Shown: piece after piece, positions 1 to 11,191 of the stretch | Position numbering within the stretch: position 1 is the first letter of the stretch | How the letters are laid out: each line of letters begins with the position of its first letter | NCBI GenBank assembly: GCA_008632985.1 | Contig: QPGO01000030.1 | Location: forward strand, 124,001-187,857 | Source: Psammoneis japonica | Lineage: Eukaryota | Length of the DNA stretch: 63,857 nt | Direction: 5' to 3' | Notes under the pieces: generated by a model | The model's database searches: none | Seen by the model: the letters and a program-made list of their open reading frames with translations, nothing else | What the model was told of the DNA's origin: nothing | Program-made: the position numbers and the translations under genes

Positions 1-487
1 AGAATTCCTTAAAGAAAGCCTCAAGAGCTACCGAAATACGTTCAGAAGCAAAGGACATGGATTCCGATGTCATTTCGCCACGCGGATTTATGTCTTGGTT
101 TGTGCCTGCTCCTTGATCAAGCTCCGGGACAATACCGACCAAGATGCCGCACTCATCTTTCATGCAGCGTTCTAGTACGTCATGCTGCGATTGATTCTGC
201 AACTCACGGGCCAAGTCACCAAGTGCCTTGCTGATTCCGCTGTACGGCTCTCCACTACTTGCATATTGATCGAACTTTCCTGAAGCCATGTAGCCGTCCT
301 TTCTTTTGGCAAAACCGTGCTGGCACAAGGTTGTTTTACCTGAACCCGAAACGCCGTGTACAGTTATGACTCGACACCCAGCTCCTGCTAGATGGCAATC
401 GTTCCACGCATTTCGTAATGTATTCAGCTCGTCGTCTCGCCCCTGAATTGAGTGGCTCTGAGAAAGCTTCAATCGATTCTTCGACAT
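1..487 (-). CDS. AAA_16-type P-loop ATPase, 5' part (runs off the left window edge)
   Basis: Not in the ORF track. My translation from ATG 487 is open to base 1: MSKNRLKL..IQGRDDELNTL..VITVHGVSGSGKTTL (Walker A)..ASGKFDQY..EPYS. GR-x-x-E, Walker A and GKFDQ..PY are typical of this family. Confidence 0.8.
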   Translation of the reverse strand, partial: MSKNRLKLSQSHSIQGRDDELNTLRNAWNDCHLAGAGCRVITVHGVSGSGKTTLCQHGFAKRKDGYMASGKFDQYASSGEPYSGISKALGDLARELQNQSQHDVLERCMKDECGILVGIVPELDQGAGTNQDINPRGEMTSESMSFASERISVALEAFFKEF

Positions 488-1559
488 GGCTTTTGCGTAG
501 AGCACATTTAGAGTTCAGCAAGTGTTAGAGTGCTGTCTACTGTCTACAGCAGGTAAAAGCGGTTTACATTTTTTACAAAAAAGAGTTTTTTTGTTTGTCA
601 CTGTTTGCACTTTGCACCCACCGGCAGTGCGATTATTCCAGGTTGCACGCGCGCGCGCGTTGCACGTTGCACGCAGATCAAAGATCAAGGTGTCAACTGC
701 ATGTTGAAGTTGGTTGAAGGTGCCTTCACTTACGTAGGTACTCGAGCAATCAGATGTGGTGGGTGTCACGTGCTGCCGAACATAATTTTTAAGTCCGCCC
801 TTTTCAGTGGGCCCCATCCACATCTTCTGTCAGCCACAGTCGAATGTGCAAAGAACTTGACCAGCGGTCTGACATCTCCCACCCGTGCTGTCTGCTCTGA
901 TGCACATGTTGAACCAGCCCGCCACAGCAGCAGAAGTTCCACCAACAGCTGGAGCGGGCAGCTGGCTGCTCTGGTGCTGGGGGCTTCACTGAGAGTGCAA
1001 AAAAACTCTTTTGGCAACAAGCAAGCAGCTGGCTGGGGGCTCCCTCCTGGTGGCTCCACAAGAAAAGCAAGCTGACCAAGTCTTTCAGACAACACTTCAG
1101 TCTTTGTAAAGTTCTCTGTTTTGGCCTCCAGGCAGTGCCAAGTCCTTGATCCCCAAACACTTGAGATGGCAGAGCTGACCATCACAAATGCATTGTGTTT
1201 GACAGATGACAACTGGGTTTTCTTGCCTGCCACACAAAGTTTCAGACTTTGATTTCTGTCTCAGGCTGTTTGCCTCTTCCCCTTCCCCTCAGATCATGCT
1301 TTCTGACCACTTTGCTGTGCACAGCTTGCAGCAGGGTTGTCCAAAACTGCAGCAAGACTCTGTCATTCCACCCCACAGACATGGAAACTGCTGTTGGCAC
1401 CTTTTGTGGTGGATGGAGGCCATGATGTGATGCTCAGAAAAGTCAGTTCTCAAAGAGCACTGCTGCTGCCACGACAATGACAATGATCACCAGGATGAAA
1501 ACAAAAATGCACCATGCCTGCACTGTCCACTGTGCATGCATCTGAGCAGCACCCACAGC

Positions 1560-2780
1560 ACAAGGAATGCTGGTGACGCATGCTCTGAACATGCCTGCAT
1601 CTGTCCATTGTGTGCCACTGCCTCAAGAGTGCAGCTGCTCCAGCTTTCTGCTGGAGCATGCCGTGCCACAACAAATCAACAAAACTTTTGACTTTGAGAC
1701 ATCATGATGTTGTGTGCTTTTCATGTGCCAAAAGATCAATCACTTGCAAGGGGCTGGGGCATGAGCATCATCTGAGCAGTGTCATGGACAGACAGCTGTG
1801 GGATTGTGGCAGTTTGTGCTGCAGAGAGCAAAGTGGCAAAGCAGACAATCAAGCAGTGTGCGGGTTTGCCAAGCTGCTCTGCATTGTGAAAACAAAAAAA
1901 CTGCACCACTTGACAACCAACAACCAAAGAAAAAAAAACGAAAAGTGGATTGTCTTTGTGCCAGAACCAATTTGGACAAACATGGCACAAAACCTTTTGT
2001 CAAGAATCAGACATTTTTGATTGCACAAAAGAACAAAAGAAGTGGGGCTCCATTCTCATTTTGAACCTTGGACCCCTGATCTTTCTCATGGTTCTCACCA
2101 TTGATGTGATCAGCAGATGTCATGCAAATCTGTCAGAGCAGTGGATGTCATGCAAATCTGCCAGGTGGCAATGTTGCCTCAGGCAGAAAGCATGCTGCAA
2201 TTGTCTGCCATGGCTGCAGCATCTCCTGCATTGATGTTGATGGCAAGGATCTTGCCCCAGCCAAAGTTTTTGGACCCAGTGCACAACTCATTTTGACACT
2301 GAAAGTGGTTGGTGAAAAAAATGGCAGCAGCAGGATCTCAATGACTGTGGCCAAGCAGGTTGTCATGAGCCAAAGTGGGAGATCTCACAAGGTTGCCAGT
2401 TGGAGGGTTGTTCTGTGCATCCAAAAGAGGTTGGATGGCAGCAGGCATGGCAGCGGTGATGGCACTGGCAATCTGGGCAGCACCCAGCCACAATGTGATT
2501 TTGATGGGCATGATGTGCTCTGGTTTTTGCAACAATTTTGAACTGAGACAGGTTTCTGCAGCACAGAGGAAATGTGTGGGATTGTGGCTAAGTTCTTGAT
2601 TGCGCAAAAGAAGAAAAAAAGCAAGGCTGCATTCTCATTTTGAATGCTGGACATCTGATCTCATCAGTTGCTTGATCTGTGGTTTGTTGAGACATTGATG
2701 GCAGCATTTTGTCAGTCTTTGTGACTCATGAACTTGGTGGCACATGTTGACATGTGAATGTGCATGTGTTCTCACACTCC
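1560..2780 (+). repeat. Dispersed ~1 kb repeat, copy 1 (partly permuted relative to copy 2)
   Basis: 2140-2590 aligns to 5640-6130; 1790-2075 to 6120-6390; 1620-1715 to 6555-6635; 2590-2780 to 6325-6490. Confidence 0.85.
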
Positions 2781-2829
2781 CTCATGCAGAAAGGTCTGAG
2801 TTGTTGCCAACCCTCTGCAGACAGACAAT

Positions 2830-4250
2830 GGTGAATGAGCATTGATGAGTCCAGCATTTTGGTCAGGAAGCCAGCCTGTTGGAGCTTGGTGCCAATGGCT
2901 TCAATCAACAAACATCTGCTGGCGAGACTTCAGAGCAAAAGTGGTGGCAAATGTTGTTGACGTGATGCTTTCTGGGCCTCATCTTGGGCACCTTCACAAT
3001 CTTGACCACTGCCAACTTTTCCTCAAAAAGCTTGCAGAAAACTGTTGGCATGGCTGTTGCTGGACAACATGTTTTGTTGATTTCCTCCAACAAACACACA
3101 GATGCCTTCACATGCCAAGGGGCAGCTGACAAGGCTAAATGCTTGCTCTCACTGCTGCTGAGAGCAAGCTGGGTCATGTCTTGTCTGCAACATGGATGAC
3201 CAGCAGATGGGAGCTCCTCCACACTTGATGAAAAGGCACTGCAAGACTTTGCCATGTTGAGATCCTCAGCCACAATCAGTTTGTCCCAATTGCCACAGAA
3301 TTGGCACCAACAAAGTGCTCAAAGCTCTTTTCGTTAACAGGTGGGACCTGGGTGCAGCAGCCCTTGTTGTGTGTCTTCAACAGGTGTCATCTAAGGTGTT
3401 TGAGTGCAATGTCATGGGATTGCTTTGGACTGGCAGTGAATCAAGCCAGTTGGTGAGTTGTGCACAATGTCAGGGTGATTGAACTTCTCAAGGAAGTTGA
3501 CTTTGCCAACAACCAATCAGCAGTCAAAAATCACAGTCAAAAGGTTCGCCACCAAAATCAGGCCCAACACGCCTGGTTGAGAGAGCTGGAAGCACCCTGG
3601 TGGTCACACTCTTCTTTGGAGTGCTGTCTTTGTTGACAAGGTTGAGGTCCTTGAGGATGCTGTTAATCAGATGAGGCTGTGTTGAGTGATCCACATCAAA
3701 AATGGCTTGCATCAACTTGACAACCTTGTCAATGTTGTTGACAGACTCCTTGTTAAAGATCAGACAATCATCAGTGTAGACAGGATGGTGGACAGTTGCT
3801 CCCTGTGGAAGACACACTCATTGCACTCCAACAGTGAAAATCTAAGTTGTGCCCATCCTTCTCAGAGGCACTTGTGCCAGGTGTGCCCACTGTCACATTT
3901 GCCACAAATGTTTTTCTTTACACAGAGACAGTGCTTCTTGTGGTCTGTGCCAGGAAATGTTGCTCCCTCAGGTGACTCCATGAAAGTTGGATGTGTGATG
4001 TTTGCTTGTGGTGGGCGCACAAGGACAAAATCAACTTGTGGAGAATGCCAGCCATGTGTGTGCATTTGGCACTTGCACTTCATGGACCAAACTGTGAGCA
4101 AAATGATTTTGTTGTCAGGAACATCAGATTTCTCACACAAAGATCCCCCAGTGTGCTCTTGAGCAGTGTGATCTTGCATCTCCTTGACCATGGCTTCTTT
4201 GAACTGGGAAGCACCTGGTTGCCTCGTGGCTTTGTGTGCACATGCATGAC
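2830..4250 (-). mobile_element. Ty1/Copia (diatom CoDi-like) reverse transcriptase-RNase H remnant, pseudogenised
   Basis: Motifs in order across frameshifts: VWSMKCK, GWHSPQVDFVL..PQA, FMESPEG, KKNICG..SGHTWHKCL, VYTDDCLIF, QPHLINSIL, VVGKVNFLEK, THQLA*FTASPKQSH, ALSSSESKHLALS, VFCKLFE..KVPKMRPRKHHVNNICHHF. Confidence 0.9.
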
Positions 4251-5619
4251 AGCAGGTTGGCCAATGTTTTCATGGAATGCAAGATTGGACCATCAAGTTT
4301 TGCTTGAAAATCCTGCTCTGAGCCCAGCCATGTCTTGATCCAGTGCACTGAACTTGATTTTGTGTGACACAACACTGGCCTGTCTTTACAATTTGGATTT
4401 GTTCATGGGCTGTGTCAGCTGGACAGCATGTCCAGAGCATGTTGTTCACACTGGAGGTGGAGGCTCTGGATCAGGAGCACCCAATTTGGGTGGTGGCTCA
4501 GGGGTTTCAGATGCTCCCTCAGATGCTCCCTCATTCATTGCAGTTGCTGCATTTCTCTCCCTCATCTTTGGCTGTCTCCTCCAGAGCCACTGCCTCTTGA
4601 GGCATGTCAGCAGGGTCAGCCTCATGGCAAGTGTCAACCAATCACAGCTTGTGTGGTTTTGATGCATGCTTTCAGCTCAGTCTTTTCATCAAGTCATCCA
4701 GACACAAAAATTTTCTTGACAACAGTCTTTCATGTTGCACAGCACCCAAAGGGACTTGAAAGAAGGGGTGGAGTGAAAGACACCACCAACATTGCATTTC
4801 AACACCTGTCAAAAAAGAATTGGTGTCAAAGCCATGGTTGTTGCAGGTGGCCTGGTGATGGACAACAGCGGCAGATGAGCATCCAATGACAGGCTCATGG
4901 GTGGCATGGACCTTGACTGTCTTGTGCATGATGCATGTGCCACGTTTGCAATGAACACAGTGACAGTGACAAGTTGAGCCTCTTTTGCTTTGACTCTGCT
5001 GAGGCTTTCTGGCACAAGATTTGGGGCCAAAATCAAAGTGGCTGGAGCAACCAGGCTGAGTCAGACAAGGAGCACAATGGATCACATGCACTGCCAATCA
5101 AGTCAACTGCAATGCAAGTTGCTTTCATCAATGGCAACTCCAGACAGCATCATTGGAGCAAGCAAGGAGAATCACAAATGGCACAACAAGCAGTGTGGCA
5201 CAGATCAACTCCAAAGCTGACCACCACATTCATTCATTGTGAGCCTCATCAAGATGTCGTCAATGCTGAGAAATGCCATTGAAGCAGTTGGCACATTGGA
5301 AGTCAGCTTCAAAGAGTTGTGAGAGTGTTTCTGATCAGCTTTCACCAAGGCAACACTGCTCCAAAGCATTTGCCACAACTTGCTCCTTGGCACACCTGTC
5401 CAAGGAGCTGTGCAACTGACAGTTGTTCTGCATCTTGTGACAGACATCCAAGATGGGAAGTGCACTCCCTTGTGTTGGACAGACCAGCATGGACAGAGCA
5501 GAGAGATCCAATGATCTCTCTTTTGCTCAATTTTTTTCTTCTCCAGCGCATGATTGCCATCTTGTCCCAGATGTTGTCAGATCATCCGACACCAGCAGTC
5601 TACAATCTTGCGGTTCTGT

Positions 5620-6640
5620 GTGTTGATGATGTGGGCTGTGGATGTCACGCAAATCTGCTTGGTGTTGACACCGCCACAGGCAGAAAGCATGCTGTGATTG
5701 TCTGCCATGGCTGCAGCATCTCCTGCATTGATGTGTTGATGGCAAGGATCTTGCCCCAACCAAAGGTTTTGGACCCAGCGCACAACTCATTGAGGAGCAC
5801 ATGGATGTTGAGCTTCTTGACACTGAAAGTGATTGGTGGAGGCTCCTTGGCATGCGTGGAAATGACAGCACCACCATCTCAATGACTGTGGCCAAGCAGG
5901 TTGTCACAAGCCAAAGTGAGAGATGTCTCACAAGGTTGCCAGCTGGAGGGTTGTGGTGTGCATCCAAAAGAGGTTGGATGGCAGCAGGCATGACATTGGT
6001 GATGGCATCAGCAATCTGGACAGCACCCAGCCATGATGTCATTTTGATGGGCATGACACTGGGCTCTGGTTTTTGCAACAATTTTGAGCCGAGTCAGGTC
6101 TTGGCAGCACAGAGGAAGAGTGTGAGATTGTGGCAGTTTGAGCAGCAGAGAGAAACCCAGCAAAATGAACAACCAAGCAGTGTGCGGGTTTGCCAACCTC
6201 TGGATTGTGAGAACAAAAACTGTGACACTCAACACCCAACAAGCAAACAAAGAAAACAAGAAGTGACTCATCTTTGCACTGGAGCCAACACAGATGAACA
6301 TGGCACAAACACTTGTCAAGAATGAGAAGTTCTTGATTGCACAAAAGAAGAAAAGAGGCAAGGCTCCATTGTTGTTTTGAACCTTGGACATCTGACCTGA
6401 CCTGTGATTGGTTGAGATGTTGATGACAGTCTTTTGTCAGTCTTTGTGGCTCATGAACTTGATGTGGGAATGCAAACATTCTCACAGTGGTGCAGTGCAA
6501 GGAATGCCAGTGGCACATGCTCTGGACACACATGCTGCACCATCCATGACATGTTGTGTCAAGAGTGCAGCTGCATTTCCAGAGCATGCCACAACCAATC
6601 AACGGAATTTTTGACATTCAGACATCATGATGTCACTTTT
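5620..6640 (+). repeat. Dispersed ~1 kb repeat, copy 2
   Basis: Shares long near-identical strings with 1560-2780, e.g. GGCAGAAAGCATGCTG..ATTGTCTGCCATGGCTGCAGCATCTCCTGCATTGATG. Confidence 0.85.
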
Positions 6641-7365
6641 TGTTCCACAGCTGACTGGTGTCAAGTGGCTCCATTCCTCAAAATGCGCAACCCAGCAATG
6701 AGAGTTGTTTGTTTTTGTGTTGCAACAAGATGAGCGCCACCCACTCATTTTGAGCTCTTGTGATTCTCAATCGACAAACTGAGAAACATCCAACTTCTCT
6801 GTTTTGCAGCATGGCAAACAGCCAAGCAACAAGAGACTCACCCCATTTGCAACACTGCTCTGCTCCAAGTTGTTGCTGCATGAATGCCGTTGTGCCCCAT
6901 GTGGTGTGTTGTGGAGAGTGCTGATCTAACTCCACTCTGCAATGATGCGTGTGCCGGTTGATGTCGTTGACAATGCAGGTGGTGCGTGTTGATGCACAGC
7001 TGAAAGTTGTTTCAGAGTTCTTGTGCAACAACTTTGACTCCTCATCCAACACGAAGTTGCTGCACAAAAACTCTGAAATGCGGTCATTTTAGCACAAAGA
7101 AGAGAGCACAAATCTATTGCCGGAAGAAGTTGTGGGGCGTTGCCGGCAGTGTTAGAATAGAGGGCCATAACCGCGCGATTTCCGATTCAAAACAATGCAG
7201 ACGCTCTTTGATTGGTGGACCAAAATTTCAAAATGTGTGCCAAGTACAAGGTGTTTTCCGTCAGACCTGCGGAAGACATGAGTCTTAATCTTTGCTCAGC
7301 TCACCGCACTGTCGCACTTGTCTACGGGTGCGTACGTTCTGCGGAGGAAGATTTGGGAGTTAACC

Positions 7366-9447
7366 ATGGCGTCAGAAACCCGAATGTCGACACCAACTTC
7401 TGCACTTACGTTTGTGGAGGCCGAACACGGAAGACAACGAAGGAGACAGCGTGGCATTGATAAAAAAGATTGTCAAGCAGCTCTAAAGTACGCAACGAGA
7501 AAACCAACTCATCCAAGGCCCAACGTAGATCCTGCGGCAATGTATACCTACAAAGACATTGTTTACATAGTCAACGAAGTTACAAAGGAAGAGGTGACTT
7601 CCTACTCCATACCACTCAGGCTGGAGAAAGTATGAATAACTGAGTCAATGCATCGGATGCACGAAAAAGCCAAGGAACGGATTCAACAAGACCTTGATTG
7701 CTGGACTTCGAATACCGTCATTGTTGTGGACACTTCTGGATCGATGAAGGCTGCCGATGTCTGGGGGACACGAAATCGCCTTGGTGCCGTTTGGGTATCT
7801 ATTGCTCTCGATTTCATTGCGCACCGTCTCGAAAGTGGAACGGGAAGGTCTACAGACGTTGTTTCTATTGTCACTCTGGGTGTCCAGTCACAAATCGTTG
7901 TGCGGGAAACTCCCTGTACTTGGTCGCTTTACAACACGGTTGTAGAAATCTACAACGATTCTGTCGTCCTACCCTATGGACACGGAAACTTCATTCCCAG
8001 TCTTGACACTGCGGAAGCCTTGCTCACTCGGAACTCCAACGCAGCGTGTGCAATAGCACTAACGTTTCTCTCGGACGGAGCCCCATCAGATTCAGTCAGC
8101 ATGCCTGGCTACTCGAAAGAAGAGTGCATGGAAACGATAGCAGCCAGAGTCGGCGAACTTGCTCGGGTGTTTGGACGAAGGCTCACGTTCACGGCCATTG
8201 GCATCGGGGATCGTGAACAGTTCAGAATGCTTGAGCAAATGGTGGATACTGCAAAGGACTTCTTGGCAGTCGCCGAGCTTCAGCTTCCTTCAATGACGTC
8301 TTCTGCGCTCGGAGATGTTTTCACTTCAGTTGCTACGTCCATAGCGACCACGCAAACGGAGATGACGGACGTGGTGACGCTCAAGCAACGAAAAGTTCGT
8401 GATATTCCACGTGAATCCAAGAAAAAAGCCAACAAGGTGATTCGGCACATCACCGCAGACGACTTTTACATTTATCCGGCGAGCCGAGTAAAGCGAACGG
8501 TGTACCGTGAATGGTTCGAAGGGCGTCAGAAGAAGTCAGCTTACGATGAGACTCCGCTGCAGCACCCGAATGCCAAATTTGTTGCGATCGCAAAGTGTCC
8601 TTTTGGTGAAGGAGCTGAGCGATTCGCGTTTAGATTCTTTGAGCTTGCCGCCGATGCAAGAACAATTTTGGGTCAGCCACTGGTCGCGAAAGAGAGTAGA
8701 CTTTTACTCGAAGGTGGAGAGGACGAAGAGGCTCGCCAGAAGTTTGTTCGTACATTCTGTTCAACGCAACCACTGGCCCGCCGCCTAGCAAGCGAATTCA
8801 ATAAGAAAATGGACTCGTTGCGGCGTATTCATGTGGATACGCCGCGGATTAAGTTTCTTGATTGTTCCGTCTATCAGCTGGATGACAACAATCTTGGCAA
8901 GCAAAGTGTCTTGGTAGAAGAGAAGCTAGATGATTGTCAGTGGACCAAGTGGAACGGAAACAACGGCTATGTCATTGGACAGGAACGCCCAGCAACAGTC
9001 AAGGAACAAGAGGTAAGAGCCACAGTGGATGATACAACAAATCCCGATGTCATCGAGGAAGGTAGCGAAGAGGAGGAAGAATCTGATGATGATGAGACTT
9101 CGGTCTCGAACAAATTTACTCCCGTCTTATTCTCACCATCCGAAGTAGCACAAGCATTTTCGCATTTTTCATATGGTGCCAGTGGCAGGAAGCGACTCGT
9201 TTGTGATTTACAGGGGGTCATGGATAAGACGTCAAACGTGCTGTTGTTTTCAGACCCTGTTATACACTACTACAACCACAACCGCGCACATCGTAGGTTT
9301 GTTCATGGGAGAACTGATCGTGGCGCAAAAGGAGTGCGTCTATTCTTTGAAACACACAACCAGGGACAACATGGACATCTCTGCAGACTGATGACAAGAG
9401 GATTTCGACAGGTCAAGCAAGCACAGCCGGAGTCTCAAAATGGATAA
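7366..9447 (+). CDS. vWA domain + alpha-kinase (eEF2K/MHCK-like) protein, interrupted by an in-frame TGA at 7633-7635
   Basis: ORFs 7318-7635 and 7648-9447 are in the same frame; first ATG is 7366. MIDAS motif VVDTSGSM and FLSDG; alpha-kinase motifs PFGEGAERFAF, VAKES, WTKWNGNNG, QAFSHFSY, LVCDLQG, DPVIH, GRTDRG, FFETH. Confidence 0.85.
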
Positions 9448-9664
9448 TCATGGGATGGAAGAACGAGGAATCAATTGTGCTTGGTCCTGGGTTGTCCCGT
9501 CCGTGCTGAGTGCTGAGACGACGCCGTTGCACGGAGTTACTCAACAGAATGAGGCATAAATGCACACAAATAGCACAGTGTTGTTGCTACATCTGGATTG
9601 CATCATCCGTCCGTGCTACACTGATCCTATCTTCAATCCATTCTCAATCTCTTATCACACGTTT

Positions 9665-11191
9665 TTACACTATGGCCATGGGTGTTGGACTTCTTTCCGG
9701 TGACTCAACAGTAGACTGAAGTCGTTGCGTCAAGGTCTTTACACTCAGTGCAATGTCTTGCCAGTCTCGCCATATGGAATGTCTTTGTTTCTTCTGTAAT
9801 ATCTCAATAATATCGTAGTCTTCGCTGACAGATGTCAAGTATTCATCAGATGTCATTATGAGATCCACGAGGCCAAGATTCTTTGCCTGCACCGCCAACC
9901 AGGCCTCGCCAGTAGCAATTTCTTCGATTGAATCCTTAAGTTTGGGCCTCGCAAACGCAATGTGATCCTTGAAAGCGACGTGAATATCATCGAGTTCCTC
10001 CTTTAGCTTGTTCTTGCCTTCCTCCGTGACTTCTCCAATGATGTCGATAGTGCGCTTGTGTTTGCCTGCCGTCATGAGATACGCATCAATCTTTTTGTCG
10101 TTTAGGAAACGTTGGAAATTTGGTATCTGCGTCACAACACCAATGCTACCAACGATTGCAAAAGGAGCCGCACAAATGGTGTTCGCCACGCTTGCCATCA
10201 TGTAACCACCACTAGCGGCAACAGTGTCAACGCAAACGACGAGACGAATGCCGGCTTTGCGAATTCTGACAAGCTGCGAAGCTGCCAGTCCATACTGTGA
10301 CACGGCACCGCCGGGAGAAGTCATGACGACTACACACTGATCACCCTTCTTTCCTAGATTCACAACAATGGAAACCTGCTTGCGTAAGAGCTCTAGATCC
10401 GACACCACCATGTCGCCATCAAAGACGATTAAATATACCACTGGACGGTACTTCTGTCGAATAGTCTTGACTGGAATGCCCGCCTCTAAGTCTTTCTTAA
10501 CATGGTCCTCCAACTCTTTTCGTTTCTTCTTTTCCTCTTCCTTTCGTTCCTTAGCTTCCTTCTTTGCAGCCTCCTTGACTTGAGGAATATGCCCCACAAC
10601 ATCCAAACGAGTACGAGCCAAACTATCTTGTGCCTTGAGACAATCCTTTTCGTATCGATCATTCAGTCTCCGAAAGCGGACCTTAACTTCCTTGTAGTTG
10701 GGATCGCCAGAGCTTCCGTCATCGTCGCTTCCAAACAAGTGAGCTTCTGCAACCGTCCCAACGCAGAAAATACAACAGGCACAAACACAGGAGGCCGCCG
10801 CAAGTACCAACAAGATCGCTCCCACCAATACTTGAGACGCGGAATCCTTGTATTGTTCATACGATATAAGAATACCTCCAGCAATCACGAGACATACAGT
10901 GAGACAACAGCACGTTGCTCCCAAGCACGCGGCACCGCCGCCGACACCTCTGGCATCGTCGCCCGTCGACGCAATGTATCCCTCTCCTCCACTGCCATAA
11001 CGTTTGACTGGATGATACTTGAATGAATCAGCCTCTGAGCTAGACTCTCGATACAGCCCATAGTCCCCCGCCTCCTTTTGTTCGTCGTCCGGGACGTCAA
11101 CACTCTGCACATTGGAAACGAGGGATTCTTTTTCTTCTTTTGACGAAGAGGCAAAATCGTAGCCAAAATCGTCTGGCTGGAAACGACTCAT
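9665..11191 (-). CDS. sohB: Peptidase S49 (SohB/SppA-like) with N-terminal Cys-rich transmembrane extension
   Basis: SPGGAVSQYGLAASQL, VDTVAASGGYMMA, APFAIVGSIGV, TAGKHKRT, IATGEAW; 508 aa intronless ORF. Confidence 0.85.
   Translation of the reverse strand: MSRFQPDDFGYDFASSSKEEKESLVSNVQSVDVPDDEQKEAGDYGLYRESSSEADSFKYHPVKRYGSGGEGYIASTGDDARGVGGGAACLGATCCCLTVCLVIAGGILISYEQYKDSASQVLVGAILLVLAAASCVCACCIFCVGTVAEAHLFGSDDDGSSGDPNYKEVKVRFRRLNDRYEKDCLKAQDSLARTRLDVVGHIPQVKEAAKKEAKERKEEEKKKRKELEDHVKKDLEAGIPVKTIRQKYRPVVYLIVFDGDMVVSDLELLRKQVSIVVNLGKKGDQCVVVMTSPGGAVSQYGLAASQLVRIRKAGIRLVVCVDTVAASGGYMMASVANTICAAPFAIVGSIGVVTQIPNFQRFLNDKKIDAYLMTAGKHKRTIDIIGEVTEEGKNKLKEELDDIHVAFKDHIAFARPKLKDSIEEIATGEAWLAVQAKNLGLVDLIMTSDEYLTSVSEDYDIIEILQKKQRHSIWRDWQDIALSVKTLTQRLQSTVESPERSPTPMAIV

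Larger units (their letters stand above)
600..7200. repeat. Decayed repeat/transposon block 1 (TpA- and CpG-depleted, TpG/CpA-rich)
   Basis: Near absence of TA and CG; overlapping Cys/His/Gln-rich, Tyr-free ORFs in all frames; contains a Copia pol remnant and dispersed repeats. Boundaries approximate. Confidence 0.85.

Noticed and set aside
1560..6640. Repeats as the LTR pair of the Copia element
   Set aside because: Sub-blocks are permuted and I could not identify TG..CA termini, a PBS or a PPT.
600..7200. Dozens of 60-240 aa ORFs in this and the other TG/CA-rich blocks
   Set aside because: They overlap in all frames, are Cys/His-rich and Tyr-free, and many use non-ATG starts. Stop-codon erosion in decayed repeats explains them.
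7633..7635. Selenocysteine recoding of the TGA
   Set aside because: The position is in a linker with no redox motif, and I could not identify a SECIS by eye. Not formally excluded.
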